Positions 51,662 through 61,100 of a stretch of DNA of 64,000 nt are shown in pieces; position 1 is the stretch's first letter; each line of letters begins with the position of its first letter. The stretch is from a virus. Both the position numbers and the translations under genes were made by a program. The notes under the pieces are model-generated. The model was not told the origin of the DNA and searched no databases. It worked only from the letters and a program-made list of their open reading frames with translations. The stretch spans positions 20,669 through 84,668 of the IMG/VR virus record IMGVR_UViG_3300031746_000007; one strand, given 5' to 3'.

Positions 51662-51999
51662 CACTGCCTCCACCAAAGGTAGTAGGGACGCTCGCGCAGC
51701 ATCGCCGTGATCTCCGCGTCCGTGTACCCATTCGCGCGGTACGCTTCGCGCTCCCACTTCGCGCGCCAAGGGTTCACGCCGAACGGCAGCGCGAGCAGGT
51801 ATAGAAGGTGCCACACGAGCAACCCGACCCCGATCCCGTAGAGCGCCCACCGGCGTTGCTGCGCGCAGTGCACGCGCTCGTGTGTGAGGATGACCTCGCG
51901 AGCGCGCGCGGGCACGAATGGCGAGATGAAGACGAATGGCCAGACCGTGATCGCCGCAGCGCCAACGTACTCGACCAGGCTTGACTCGACGACGCGCAT
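51661..51999 (-). CDS. Zincin-like metallopeptidase (HExxH)
   Basis: AIT.WPFVF...HERVH..QQ...WEREAY. Confidence 0.75.
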   Translation of the reverse strand: MRVVESSLVEYVGAAAITVWPFVFISPFVPARAREVILTHERVHCAQQRRWALYGIGVGLLVWHLLYLLALPFGVNPWRAKWEREAYRANGYTDAEITAMLRERPYYLWWRQ

Positions 52000-52017
52000 G
52001 CCCCACCTCTATCTGGC

Positions 52018-52063
52018 ACAGTAGTATTTTCCGGTTGACTTGTCAACAGATTATTGATAGGCT
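52018..52063. promoter_or_regulatory. Overlapping divergent sigma70-type promoters
   Basis: Plus: TTGACT-N17-TAGGCT with TGn; minus: TTGACA-N17-TACTGT; the -35 boxes form GTTGAC-TT-GTCAAC. Confidence 0.75.
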
Positions 52064-52090
52064 CGTTTGGCAACCTTGAAGGAGGAGACG

Positions 52091-52342
52091 ATGGGCAACA
52101 GGAACAACGTCGGGCACCCGCGCTGCGAGGCTCACTACCCACCGGCGGGAGCCTGCGAGAAGTCGCGCGTGCGCTGCAAGAAGAAGGCGCTGCCAGGCAA
52201 GAGCTACTGCCGTGACTGCGACCCGCAGCGCGCCGACGAGCACTACGTCGCTCTGATGAAGGCGCGGTCGAATCGCGCGGTGCGTCCGTCGAAGAAGGAA
52301 CGCAGGAAGCTCGAGAAGCGTCGGGCGGCGCTATCGGCGTGA
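52091..52342 (+). CDS. Small basic Zn-finger protein
   Basis: AAGGAGG RBS; RC...RCKK.A..G..YC..C. Confidence 0.65.
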   Translation: MGNRNNVGHPRCEAHYPPAGACEKSRVRCKKKALPGKSYCRDCDPQRADEHYVALMKARSNRAVRPSKKERRKLEKRRAALSA

Positions 52343-52593
52343 CTCGCGCCGAACTCGAGCGGCTCTTCGTCAACTGTGGGCGACCCGACACGCTTGTGAC
52401 GATCGACGTGCTGCTCGACATCCTCGAGAAGACGCACGTGCTCGAGCGTCCGAAGGCGGGCCAGACGCGAGAGCCGATCTGCCCGCGCTGCAACAAGATG
52501 CGGTCGGGGTGGCCTGACGACTGGCGTTGGAGCACGGCGTGCGGTGGCTACATTTGCGGTTTGTGTGTCGTGATGACTGAGAGGGGCGGATGA
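52339..52593 (+). CDS. Hypothetical Zn-binding protein
   Basis: CPRC...ICGLC; coupled on both sides. Confidence 0.6.
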   Translation: MTRAELERLFVNCGRPDTLVTIDVLLDILEKTHVLERPKAGQTREPICPRCNKMRSGWPDDWRWSTACGGYICGLCVVMTERGG

Positions 52594-53003
52594 AAGCTCT
52601 AACGCTCCTGCGACCGTGGTCGAACGCGATCATCCGGTTCGGCAAGGACGTCGAGAATCGCACGTGGGCTCCGGCGTCCGTGATCCTCGGTCAGCGCATC
52701 GCGATACACAGTGGGCGCGAGGTCGACGAGCGCGGCGTCGGGTTCGTCATGGCGCTACTTCGCGGTGACAAGCTCGCGAGCGCGATGCACACCGACGATC
52801 TGCTCGGGCCGCCGATGAGCATCATCGGCACGGTGAAGCTCGTCGGGGTCGTGCGTCAAAGCTCGAGCCCCTGGTTCTCGGGACCGATCGGCTGGCAGCT
52901 CGCCGACCCGCGCCCGTTGCGCGAGCCTCTGTTCTGCCGCGGGATGCAGCGGTTGTGGACCGTGCCACCCGAGATCGAGGAGATCATCCGTGAGTCGCTG
53001 TGA
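52590..53003 (+). CDS. ASCH-domain protein
   Basis: MKALTL.RPW...I..GKDVENRTW...IAIH...W.L.DPR...RG.Q.LW. Confidence 0.9.
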   Translation: MKALTLLRPWSNAIIRFGKDVENRTWAPASVILGQRIAIHSGREVDERGVGFVMALLRGDKLASAMHTDDLLGPPMSIIGTVKLVGVVRQSSSPWFSGPIGWQLADPRPLREPLFCRGMQRLWTVPPEIEEIIRESL

Positions 53004-53259
53004 CTCGTGCGGTGCGGACGAGGGCGCCGTGTACCTCTTCAACATAGAGGGTGATCGACTCTGCGGCACGTGCTGCGCGTCGTTCTTGCGCAGCGCTCGC
53101 ATGATCACCGCCAGGCAAGCGGTCGACGAGGGTCTCTGGTTTCAAGTCGAGACCGCTACCGAGGCGTATCTGCAAGAGGCGCTGCGCAAGCTGCACCTCG
53201 CCGTCGCAAAAGATCGTCCGGTGTCGAATTCTGGCACGCGACGCCACAAAAAGGCTTGA
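52990..53259 (+). CDS. Hypothetical protein
   Basis: CDSC..LC..C; GLWF...TATEAYLQ.ALR.LH. Confidence 0.65.
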   Translation: MSRCDSCGADEGAVYLFNIEGDRLCGTCCASFLRSARMITARQAVDEGLWFQVETATEAYLQEALRKLHLAVAKDRPVSNSGTRRHKKA

Positions 53260-53284
53260 CGCCGTGATCTGGCTTGCGTACAAC
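53256..53284 (+). promoter_or_regulatory. Promoter-like site upstream of primase
   Basis: TTGACG-N17-TACAAC. Confidence 0.45.
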
Positions 53285-53397
53285 CGTCAGCCAATGCACT
53301 ACCGTAATCGAACAAGTTAGGCTGGCAGGGGGGCGACGCGCGGGTCGCGTGACCGGATCCCTCGCCGTAGTGGCGATGCGGGACCGCGTCTCGTGCA

Positions 53398-55872
53398 TTG
53401 GCGCGGTTCCGCGTCGCCCTTCTGTCGTACGAGCGCGACATGCCGACAACCGCCCCTCGCGATCTCTCGTTCACCTACTACGCCAACATCTACGACTCGA
53501 CCGGAGGGCAACCCTACACGTTGCCGTGGGACAAATGGCGCGAGGGTTTGTCGAAGCACGTCGTGAGGGGTTCGCCGGCGGATAGCGACAGCAAGGACGC
53601 GCTCGAGGTCGCGAAGGTCGGGCCGGCAATCGTGCTCGCCGACATCGTCGCCGGGCAGCCTCGCAAGATCGCGAGTGTCGTCGCCGTGCACGCGATGAGC
53701 CTCGACATCGAGAACGTCGACGACGAGGAGATCAAGCGGGTGTTGCAGGGCCCGCTCGCACCTTACGAATGGTTCGCGCACACGACGCACAAGCATGGCG
53801 CGCGCTGCCTCGGCGGCGCTACCCGGCTCCGAGTCATCATCCCGCTCGCCGCTCCGATCCTCCCCGCCAATTTCAAACCGGCGTGGGCCGGGCTGAACAC
53901 ACTCGCCGGCGGCATCAACGATCCGCAGACAAAGGACGCGAGTCGAGCGCTCTACCTGCCGTCGACGTTCGACCTGACAGTCGCCTGGTCGCTGCACCAT
54001 CCGGGGCAGTGGCTCTCGCCCGACGAGATCCTCGAGTCGGGGCAGTCGGCTGAGCTATCGGGACGAGCCGACGACGACGCAGTGCGATCGATGCGCCGGC
54101 GCATGAAGCGCATCGAGAACGCCGACCCGGTCAAGGACATCGCCAAGGCGGTGCTCGAGGGTCTGCCTCTCGCGAGCGCCGGCGGCAGGCACGAAGCGAT
54201 TCGCGACCTCACTTGGTGGATGGCGGGACGCGACGACAGCCTCTCCGACAAAGCGCTCGAGCTGCTCTTCACACCGTCCGTCATGGCGATGAAGGCATCG
54301 GACGCAAGCGCGCCCGGTCTGTCCGACGTCGCCACGTGCTACCACGGTGCGTGCACCCGCATCAAAGAAACGGCGGAGCAAGCGGCGCGACAGCGGCAGC
54401 AACAGGAAGCGCAGCCGGGCGAGACACCCTACGACGAAGACGACCTGGCGCGCATCGCCGCCGCGCAAGGCTGGCAGGCTGCCGAGTTGCGCAGGCGTTG
54501 GCTCATTCAAAAGGACACGACGTTCTACTTGCTCGACAAGCTCGGAGCCTACCGCGGACCGTTCGCGCAGTCAGAGGCGCGCATCAACGCGCTCGACTAC
54601 TTCGCGTGCGCGCCCGTCGTGCTTTTCGAGCCGACAGAGAACGGCTACCGTCGCCGCAACATAATGGAGATCGCCGAAGACAACGGCAGCGGCGCGAGCG
54701 AGATCGTCGCCGACTTGTGCGAGCAGTATTCGACCTTCGAAGCGCCGACCGGCGTGTTCCGCGAGGCGGTGCGACCGCGGCGCGTGCTCGAGCCGACCTA
54801 CAACCCGGAGATCGACGCGTGGCTGCGAGTGTTCGCCGGGCCGCAGTACGAGAAGCTCTGCGATTGGCTCGCGTGCGCGCCCGACCTGTCGAAGCTCTTG
54901 TGTGCGCTCTACATCGCCGGGCACCCGGGCGCAGGCAAGACGCTGCTCGCTCACGGGCTCGCTCGGATCTGGCACAAGGGACCGCCGGCAGAACTCGACC
55001 GCATCCTCACCGACTTCAACGAAGACCTCGTGCAATGCCCGCTCATCCTCGGCGACGAGGCGTTGCCGAAGCAGTGGAAGGGCACGCCGATCACGACGAA
55101 GCTCCGCTCAATCGTCTCGACGACGTCGCGAGCGCTCTCGAGAAAGTACCGGGCACCGGCGACGCTTCAAGGCTCGATCCGTCTCATCCTGACAGCGAAC
55201 AACGAATTCCTGCTCGACAGTCGCGAGGTCAGCTCGAGCCAGGATCTCGAGGCGATCGCGAAGCGGTTCATGTATATCGAAGCGCCGGCCGAAGCCGCTG
55301 GGCACCTCAATCCCGACATCGCCGACACGGTGTGGCTCGGGCAGGACGCGATCGCGAAGCACGCTCTGTGGCTCATGGTGAATCGGCAGGTCAAGCGGGG
55401 TCAGCGCTTTTGGGTGGAGGGCGAGACCAGCGACATGCACCTCATGCTGGTGTGCGGCTCACGCTGGAACGGGCTCGTCGTCGAATGGCTCGCGCGCTAC
55501 CTGATCAACCCGCAGCCGTACGAGTCGCGAGGCGAGCTGCTCATCCGCCGCGGCGAGGGGCAGCTGCTCGTGAACGACAACGCGATCCTCGACGCGTGGA
55601 AGCTCTACCTGCCGAACTGCCAGCTCGAGCCTGAGACGGCGAAGATCGGGGCAGCTCTGCGCGCCCTTTCAGGCAAGGAGACGGTGCAGGGGCGAGTCGG
55701 TGAGAAGGGGCGTCGCGTGCGCTACCGCATCGTGAACGTCGACATCGTCGCCGCATGGGCCGATCGCGCCAATATGGCCGACCGCGAGACCATCCTCGCT
55801 GCCGTGGGTGTCCTACCGGACCGGCAACCTGGGGACGATGCCGGGCAGACCGCGCTCCGGCTCGTGAAGTAA
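53398..55872 (+). CDS. Primase-helicase (AEP/RepB-like primase plus SF3 helicase); likely start 53440
   Basis: LDIE, HTTHKH, RLRVIIPL, D...KD.SR..YLP; G.PGAGKT, ILGDE, LILTAN. Confidence 0.85.
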   Translation: MARFRVALLSYERDMPTTAPRDLSFTYYANIYDSTGGQPYTLPWDKWREGLSKHVVRGSPADSDSKDALEVAKVGPAIVLADIVAGQPRKIASVVAVHAMSLDIENVDDEEIKRVLQGPLAPYEWFAHTTHKHGARCLGGATRLRVIIPLAAPILPANFKPAWAGLNTLAGGINDPQTKDASRALYLPSTFDLTVAWSLHHPGQWLSPDEILESGQSAELSGRADDDAVRSMRRRMKRIENADPVKDIAKAVLEGLPLASAGGRHEAIRDLTWWMAGRDDSLSDKALELLFTPSVMAMKASDASAPGLSDVATCYHGACTRIKETAEQAARQRQQQEAQPGETPYDEDDLARIAAAQGWQAAELRRRWLIQKDTTFYLLDKLGAYRGPFAQSEARINALDYFACAPVVLFEPTENGYRRRNIMEIAEDNGSGASEIVADLCEQYSTFEAPTGVFREAVRPRRVLEPTYNPEIDAWLRVFAGPQYEKLCDWLACAPDLSKLLCALYIAGHPGAGKTLLAHGLARIWHKGPPAELDRILTDFNEDLVQCPLILGDEALPKQWKGTPITTKLRSIVSTTSRALSRKYRAPATLQGSIRLILTANNEFLLDSREVSSSQDLEAIAKRFMYIEAPAEAAGHLNPDIADTVWLGQDAIAKHALWLMVNRQVKRGQRFWVEGETSDMHLMLVCGSRWNGLVVEWLARYLINPQPYESRGELLIRRGEGQLLVNDNAILDAWKLYLPNCQLEPETAKIGAALRALSGKETVQGRVGEKGRRVRYRIVNVDIVAAWADRANMADRETILAAVGVLPDRQPGDDAGQTALRLVK

Positions 55873-55960
55873 CCGAACGCAACAGAAAATACTTGACGCC
55901 GATACTGTGTTCGTGGCATAGAGTGACAGACCGGACAACGACTAGACCAAGGCCAATACC

Positions 55961-57253
55961 GTGTTGAAGACTGACGACCAGACTGTCGCGCTCGAGGCTC
56001 TCGACTCCGGCCAGAACGTGTTTCTCACCGGTGCCGGCGGTTGCGGCAAGACGTACACGACGAAGCAGTGGATCGAGCAGACCGGACGAAAGGTCGCGGT
56101 GACTGCCACGACCGGTGTCGCCGCTTTGAACCTCGGCGGCGAGACGATTCATCGCTTCTCCGGTATCGGCATCACACCGCGGCCGGAGCTAGCTCCCGGT
56201 GTGATCTCTCAGTGGAACCGACGCCGGTTCGGCAAGTGGCGCGACCGCGACCGCTGGGACGTGCTTCAGAGCGTCGACACGATCATCATCGACGAGGTGT
56301 CGATGCTCCGGCGCGACCAGCTCGAGCTGATCGACAAGGTGCTCCGCGGGGTGCGCGACAAAGACGCGCCGTTCGGCGGGGTGCAAATGGTGTGCGTCGG
56401 CGACTTCTTTCAGCTGCCGCCGGTCGTCACGTCAATGGATGCGTCGACGTTCCCCGACCTCGTGCGCCCGTTCTGCTTTCAGTCGAAGATCTGGGACGGG
56501 TTCGCCGACATCGAACTGACTCGGAACTGGCGCCAGTCCGACAATCACTTCAAAAGCATCCTTGAGTCGATTCGCTACGGGCATATCACGCCCGAGGTGC
56601 GCGACGCGCTCGAGGCGGCGCGCGAGAACACGCCCGACATGAACGTCGTGCCGATGCGGCTGTTCCCGTTCCGGCGCGACGTCGACGCCGAGAATCACGC
56701 GCAGCTCTCCGCTCTGCCGGGCAGCTATCGCGAGTCGATCGCTGAATTCTCGGGCTCTCCGGGGTGGGGCGAAGCGCTGAAGCGCGAGTCGCCGGCCGAC
56801 GAGGTGCTGCTCTTGAAGGAGGGCGCACAGGTGATGATGCTCGTGAACGACTGCGAGAACGGGCAGTGGGTGAACGGGTCGATGGGTATCGTGCGCTCGA
56901 TCGAGTCGGGCTCGGTGACGGTCGACCTCGCCAACGGCAACACGGTCGTCGTCGGCAAGCACACGTGGGAGAAGAACGAACAGGTGCTCGACGGCGACGA
57001 GCTTGTCACGAAGATGCTCGCCGGGCTCACACAGTACCCGCTCAAGCTCGCGTGGGCTTCGACGATTCACAAGTGTCAGGGGCTCACGCTCGACACGATC
57101 GAGACCGACCTCGCCGGGTGCTTCACGCACGGGCAAGCCTACGTCGCGTTGTCGCGGGTCAAGACGCTCAAGGGGCTCGTGCTCCGCGGCTGGTCTGAGG
57201 AGACGATCCGCGCGTCAGCCGACGTCGTGCGGTTCTACGGGGAGCGACAATGA
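55961..57253 (+). CDS. PIF1-family SF1 helicase
   Basis: FLTGAGGCGKT, TIHRF, IIDEVSM, FGG.Q...GDFFQLPPV, QYPLKLAWA.TIHKCQG, GQAYVALSR. Confidence 0.95.
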   Translation: MLKTDDQTVALEALDSGQNVFLTGAGGCGKTYTTKQWIEQTGRKVAVTATTGVAALNLGGETIHRFSGIGITPRPELAPGVISQWNRRRFGKWRDRDRWDVLQSVDTIIIDEVSMLRRDQLELIDKVLRGVRDKDAPFGGVQMVCVGDFFQLPPVVTSMDASTFPDLVRPFCFQSKIWDGFADIELTRNWRQSDNHFKSILESIRYGHITPEVRDALEAARENTPDMNVVPMRLFPFRRDVDAENHAQLSALPGSYRESIAEFSGSPGWGEALKRESPADEVLLLKEGAQVMMLVNDCENGQWVNGSMGIVRSIESGSVTVDLANGNTVVVGKHTWEKNEQVLDGDELVTKMLAGLTQYPLKLAWASTIHKCQGLTLDTIETDLAGCFTHGQAYVALSRVKTLKGLVLRGWSEETIRASADVVRFYGERQ

Positions 57254-57777
57254 CAGGCTACCGGTGTGTCATGGCTGATCCCCCCTGGTTTGAGACCGGT
57301 GGGGGCAAGATCAAGCGAGGTGCGGATCGACACTACGGTCTGATGAAGCACCCCGAGATCCTCACGCTCATGCACTCGGTGCTCGACGGCAAGCTCGACG
57401 AGAGCTGTCACCTCTGGCTTTGGGCGACCGACAACCATCTTCTCGAGGCGATCTACGTGATGCAGGGGCTCGGGTTCCGGCTCATCCGCACAATGTGTTG
57501 GGTGAAGATGCGCGAGGGCAAGTTGCAGATCGGGCTCGGGCAGTACATGCGCGGCTCGCACGAGTCGTGCCTCTTCGGGGTTCGCGGGCCGACGTGCAAG
57601 CCTCCGACCTCGCAGCGGCAGCCGTCCGTCGTGCTCGCGGCGCGTCGACTGCACTCGCAGAAGCCTGACGAAGCCTATCGGGCGATCGAGTCGACGTCGC
57701 CTGGCCCACGGCTCGAGATGTTCGCGCGCTACGAGCGCCCGGGGTGGGACCGCTGGGGCAATGAGGCGCCGACATGA
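57250..57777 (+). CDS. MT-A70-family adenine methyltransferase
   Basis: ADPPW, LWLWAT, G.G.YMRG..E, HSQKP, LEMFAR..R.GW..WGNE. Confidence 0.92.
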   Translation: MTGYRCVMADPPWFETGGGKIKRGADRHYGLMKHPEILTLMHSVLDGKLDESCHLWLWATDNHLLEAIYVMQGLGFRLIRTMCWVKMREGKLQIGLGQYMRGSHESCLFGVRGPTCKPPTSQRQPSVVLAARRLHSQKPDEAYRAIESTSPGPRLEMFARYERPGWDRWGNEAPT

Positions 57778-59318
57778 GCGGGCCCGAGATCTGGCTTTCC
57801 CCGTCGCAAGTCGCGACGAAGCGCCGGTGCTTTCGATGCTGGGGGTATCAGTACATCCTCGGGTTCAAGCCGCCGCAGACCGGCGACCAGCAATTCGGCA
57901 TCGACGGGCACCTCATCGTGCAGAGGTATCTCGGGCAGGGGATCCAACCGCCGAACGACGACGTCGGCAGGACCGCGCTGCAAGGCATCGAGCGCGGCTT
58001 CCTGCCGGCGCCCGGTCCGGGGCTGCACCTCGAGCACAAGATCAAGGCGCAGATGGCGCAGGGGTTCGTGCTGAACGGGGTCGTCGACCTCATCAATGCT
58101 CGCGACCCTATCCTGCACGTGCTCGACCACAAATTCGTGAAGAGCCTGAAGTACGCGAAGGAGCCGGCCGACGCGCTCGACGACCCGCAGAGCGTCATCT
58201 ACTGCGCCGTCGCGCTGTCGATGCGACCGGCAGCTGAGATCGACTGGTCGTGGGTGTACTACGCAGCGAAGGGCAAGGAGCGACCGCGCATCCCTTGCGG
58301 CGCGCGCAAGGTCACGCGTCGAATGACGCCGGCCGACCTCGAGCCCGGATGGCAGAAGGTGCTCGCCGACTGCAAGGAGATGGTCGACGCGAAGCGCGCG
58401 GGCACGCGACCCGAAGAGCTGCCGCACAACCCGCTCGCGTGCGACGACTACAACGGTTGTCCGTGGCGCGAGATCTGCCCGGTCGACCACGGCAAGCGGC
58501 TGAGCATGATGATCGCCTCCGCGCCGATGCCGGGCGAAAACATCTTGACACACAGTGCCAGTATATCATACAACCCGGGCTCGAGCCAGCCCGATCACGA
58601 GGAGGATGACGTGGGACTACTTGACGATCTGAAAGCAGGCATGCCGCAGGCACCGCAACCGGCCGCCGCACCGCAGTCGATGCCGGCAGGGCTTCCGGGC
58701 CCGGGGACTGTGAATCCGCCCGAAGGTCCGACGACAGCCGCCGCACCGGTTCCGCAGCCGGCGCAGACCACGGCACAGATCCCGCTCTTCAACGGGCAGA
58801 CTGCCGCACCGCCGTCGCCGCAAGTTCTCGCCGGACAGCCGACGATGTTCCAGAGCATGCCGATCGCATCGCCGCCGGTCGCACCCGCAGCCTACATCCC
58901 GCCGCCGGCGCCGCAGCCTGCCCCGCCGCCCCCGGCGCCGCCGCAGCAAGTCGTGCTCGCGATCGGCACGCCGATGCCGCCCTCGATCCCGAGTCGCAGC
59001 GGTCAACCGTTGCACGGTTTCATTGTGCTCATCGACTGCCTCAAGGCCAAAGGCGAGCAAGGCACGCAGCTGATCGACGCACTCAAGCCGATCTGCCAAT
59101 GGCTCGAGCAACAGTACAAGGTCGGGCACTGGTCGGCGATCTCCTACAACCCGCACGGGGCTCCGGGCTCGGCGTTCTTGGCGAAGGCGTTCGACGACTG
59201 GTGCCAGGGCACGAAGCCGACCGGCACCATGCTCGTCGACTCGTCGACGGCGGAGGCGCGCGCGGTCATGGAGGTGCTGCTCTCGCGAGCCGACGTCGTG
59301 ATCCGAGGCATTCGCTAG
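57774..59318 (+). CDS. Cas4-like PD-(D/E)XK exonuclease fused in frame to a Pro-rich protein
   Basis: LSPSQ...C, G.VDL, VLDHK, Q...Y, C....CPW...C; internal RBS and GTG at 58611. Confidence 0.8.
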   Translation: MSGPEIWLSPSQVATKRRCFRCWGYQYILGFKPPQTGDQQFGIDGHLIVQRYLGQGIQPPNDDVGRTALQGIERGFLPAPGPGLHLEHKIKAQMAQGFVLNGVVDLINARDPILHVLDHKFVKSLKYAKEPADALDDPQSVIYCAVALSMRPAAEIDWSWVYYAAKGKERPRIPCGARKVTRRMTPADLEPGWQKVLADCKEMVDAKRAGTRPEELPHNPLACDDYNGCPWREICPVDHGKRLSMMIASAPMPGENILTHSASISYNPGSSQPDHEEDDVGLLDDLKAGMPQAPQPAAAPQSMPAGLPGPGTVNPPEGPTTAAAPVPQPAQTTAQIPLFNGQTAAPPSPQVLAGQPTMFQSMPIASPPVAPAAYIPPPAPQPAPPPPAPPQQVVLAIGTPMPPSIPSRSGQPLHGFIVLIDCLKAKGEQGTQLIDALKPICQWLEQQYKVGHWSAISYNPHGAPGSAFLAKAFDDWCQGTKPTGTMLVDSSTAEARAVMEVLLSRADVVIRGIR

Positions 59319-59325
59319 GTCAAGG

Positions 59326-61074
59326 ATGCTCGCACCGATGACACAAGGACCCCTGCTCGGCATGGATCAACTGATCGCGGATGCGGTCGGCATGACCATC
59401 CCGCCGAACAGCAAGCTCGGGAAGCTCATCCGAGAAGGCGGGGTCGTGCGCTCGGTCGAGTTTCGCAGGATCGCCGCCCTCCCCCGGCGCGATTGGGAGA
59501 AGGATCCGCAGCTCGAGGAGTTGCGGATCCTTCTGACCCAACATCTTCGCCGGCCGGGCGGGACAATGGAGCTGAAGGCGAACCAGGCTGCCGCTCTCCG
59601 GGACCTCGCCGATCACGGCGGGCTCTTCGGGCCGCAAGCGGTCGGGGCGGGCAAGACGTTGATCACGCTGCTCGCTCCGGTCGTGCTGCAAGCTCAGCGA
59701 CCGTTGCTGCTCGTTCCGGCGAGCGTTCGCGACCAGACACTGCGCAAGGTGATGCCGCAAATGCGTAAGCACTGGCGTTTGCACCCGATGCTCCGGGTCG
59801 AGAGCTACACCGCACTCTCGCTCGAGAAGAACGCCAACCTCCTCGAGAACTACGCGCCCGACCTCATCCTCGCCGACGAGTGTCACTGCCTGGCGGGGCG
59901 CACGAGCGGGCGCACGAAGCGCGTTCGCCGCTACGTCGACGCGCACCCCGAGACGCGGTTCCTGGCAGTGTCGGGCACGGTCGCGAATCGCACGCTGCTC
60001 GCCTATGCCGAGATCGTCTACTGGTGCCTCAAGGGCAACAGCCCGCTACCGACGAACTGGCAGGAGTTGCAGGACTGGGCTCGAGCGCTCGACGAAGACG
60101 TTCCCGAAGACAAGCGGCTGCCGCCGGGCGCGCTCGCGTTGTTCTGCACGGAGCCGGGCGAGACGGTTCGCCACGGGTTCCGCCGGCGACTGTCGGAGAC
60201 GCAAGGCATCGTCGCGACTCGAGACGGCGAGCTAGGGACGTCGCTTCGCCTGCACAAGCGGGAGATCGACGCGCCGCCGCACGTGCACGCGATGATCGCG
60301 AAGCTCCGGCGCGATTGGGAGACGCCGAACGGCGACCTCATCGTCGAAGCGGTCGAGGTCTGGCGTCACGCTCGAGAGTTGGCGCTCGGGTTCTGGTACC
60401 GGTGGGATCCGCCGGCTCCGCACGATTGGATGGAAGCGCGCAAGGCGTGGAATCAGCACGTGCGCGAGACGCTCAAGAACAACCGCCGCGGGCTCGACAC
60501 TCCGCTACAGGTGTGGATGGAATGCGAGCGCAACCCGGTGCCGCTGAAGGTGTGGCGCGATTGGAAGGAGATCAAGGACTCGTTCGAACCGCGCACCGTC
60601 GCGGTCTGGGAGTCGAACTACATGCTCCGCGATGCGGCGGAGTGGCTGCAAGACGGCGAGAACGGCGGGGGCATTGCGTGGGTCGAGCACGTCGTTTTCG
60701 GCGAGCGGCTTGCTGCCGTCGCCGGCGTCCCCTACTTCGGCGGGGGCGAGAAGGCGTCGCACGACATCCTCGACGCGACCGGTCCGTGCGTCGCGTCGAT
60801 CGCGGCGCACTCGACGGGCAAGAACCTCGTGCAGTGGAATCGCAACCTCGTCACGTGTCCACCGACAGCGGGCAAGACGTGGGAGCAAATGATGGGGCGC
60901 ACGCACCGGCAGGGGCAGCTCGCCGACGAGGTCGAGAACTGGGTCTATCAACAGACCGACGAATTCCGCGCCGCGTTGTCGCAGGCGATGCGAGACGCGC
61001 GCTACTTGCGAGACACGCTCGGCGGAGCGCAGCGACTGCTCTACGCCGACGTGACGTTCGACGTTGAAGAGTAA
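59326..61074 (+). CDS. SF2 (SNF2-like) helicase
   Basis: VGAGKT, LILADECH, SGT, G.NL, EQ..GRTHR.GQ. Confidence 0.88.
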   Translation: MLAPMTQGPLLGMDQLIADAVGMTIPPNSKLGKLIREGGVVRSVEFRRIAALPRRDWEKDPQLEELRILLTQHLRRPGGTMELKANQAAALRDLADHGGLFGPQAVGAGKTLITLLAPVVLQAQRPLLLVPASVRDQTLRKVMPQMRKHWRLHPMLRVESYTALSLEKNANLLENYAPDLILADECHCLAGRTSGRTKRVRRYVDAHPETRFLAVSGTVANRTLLAYAEIVYWCLKGNSPLPTNWQELQDWARALDEDVPEDKRLPPGALALFCTEPGETVRHGFRRRLSETQGIVATRDGELGTSLRLHKREIDAPPHVHAMIAKLRRDWETPNGDLIVEAVEVWRHARELALGFWYRWDPPAPHDWMEARKAWNQHVRETLKNNRRGLDTPLQVWMECERNPVPLKVWRDWKEIKDSFEPRTVAVWESNYMLRDAAEWLQDGENGGGIAWVEHVVFGERLAAVAGVPYFGGGEKASHDILDATGPCVASIAAHSTGKNLVQWNRNLVTCPPTAGKTWEQMMGRTHRQGQLADEVENWVYQQTDEFRAALSQAMRDARYLRDTLGGAQRLLYADVTFDVEE

Positions 61075-61100
61075 GAGAACGGCGCGCATTCCGCGAGCCG

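Noticed and set aside
55893-55924. Promoter upstream of the PIF1 helicase
   Set aside because: TTGACG is present but no convincing -10 at 16-18 bp.
57774-58500. Cas4 as part of a CRISPR system
   Set aside because: Stand-alone Cas4-like nucleases are common in phage replication modules, and no other cas genes are present.
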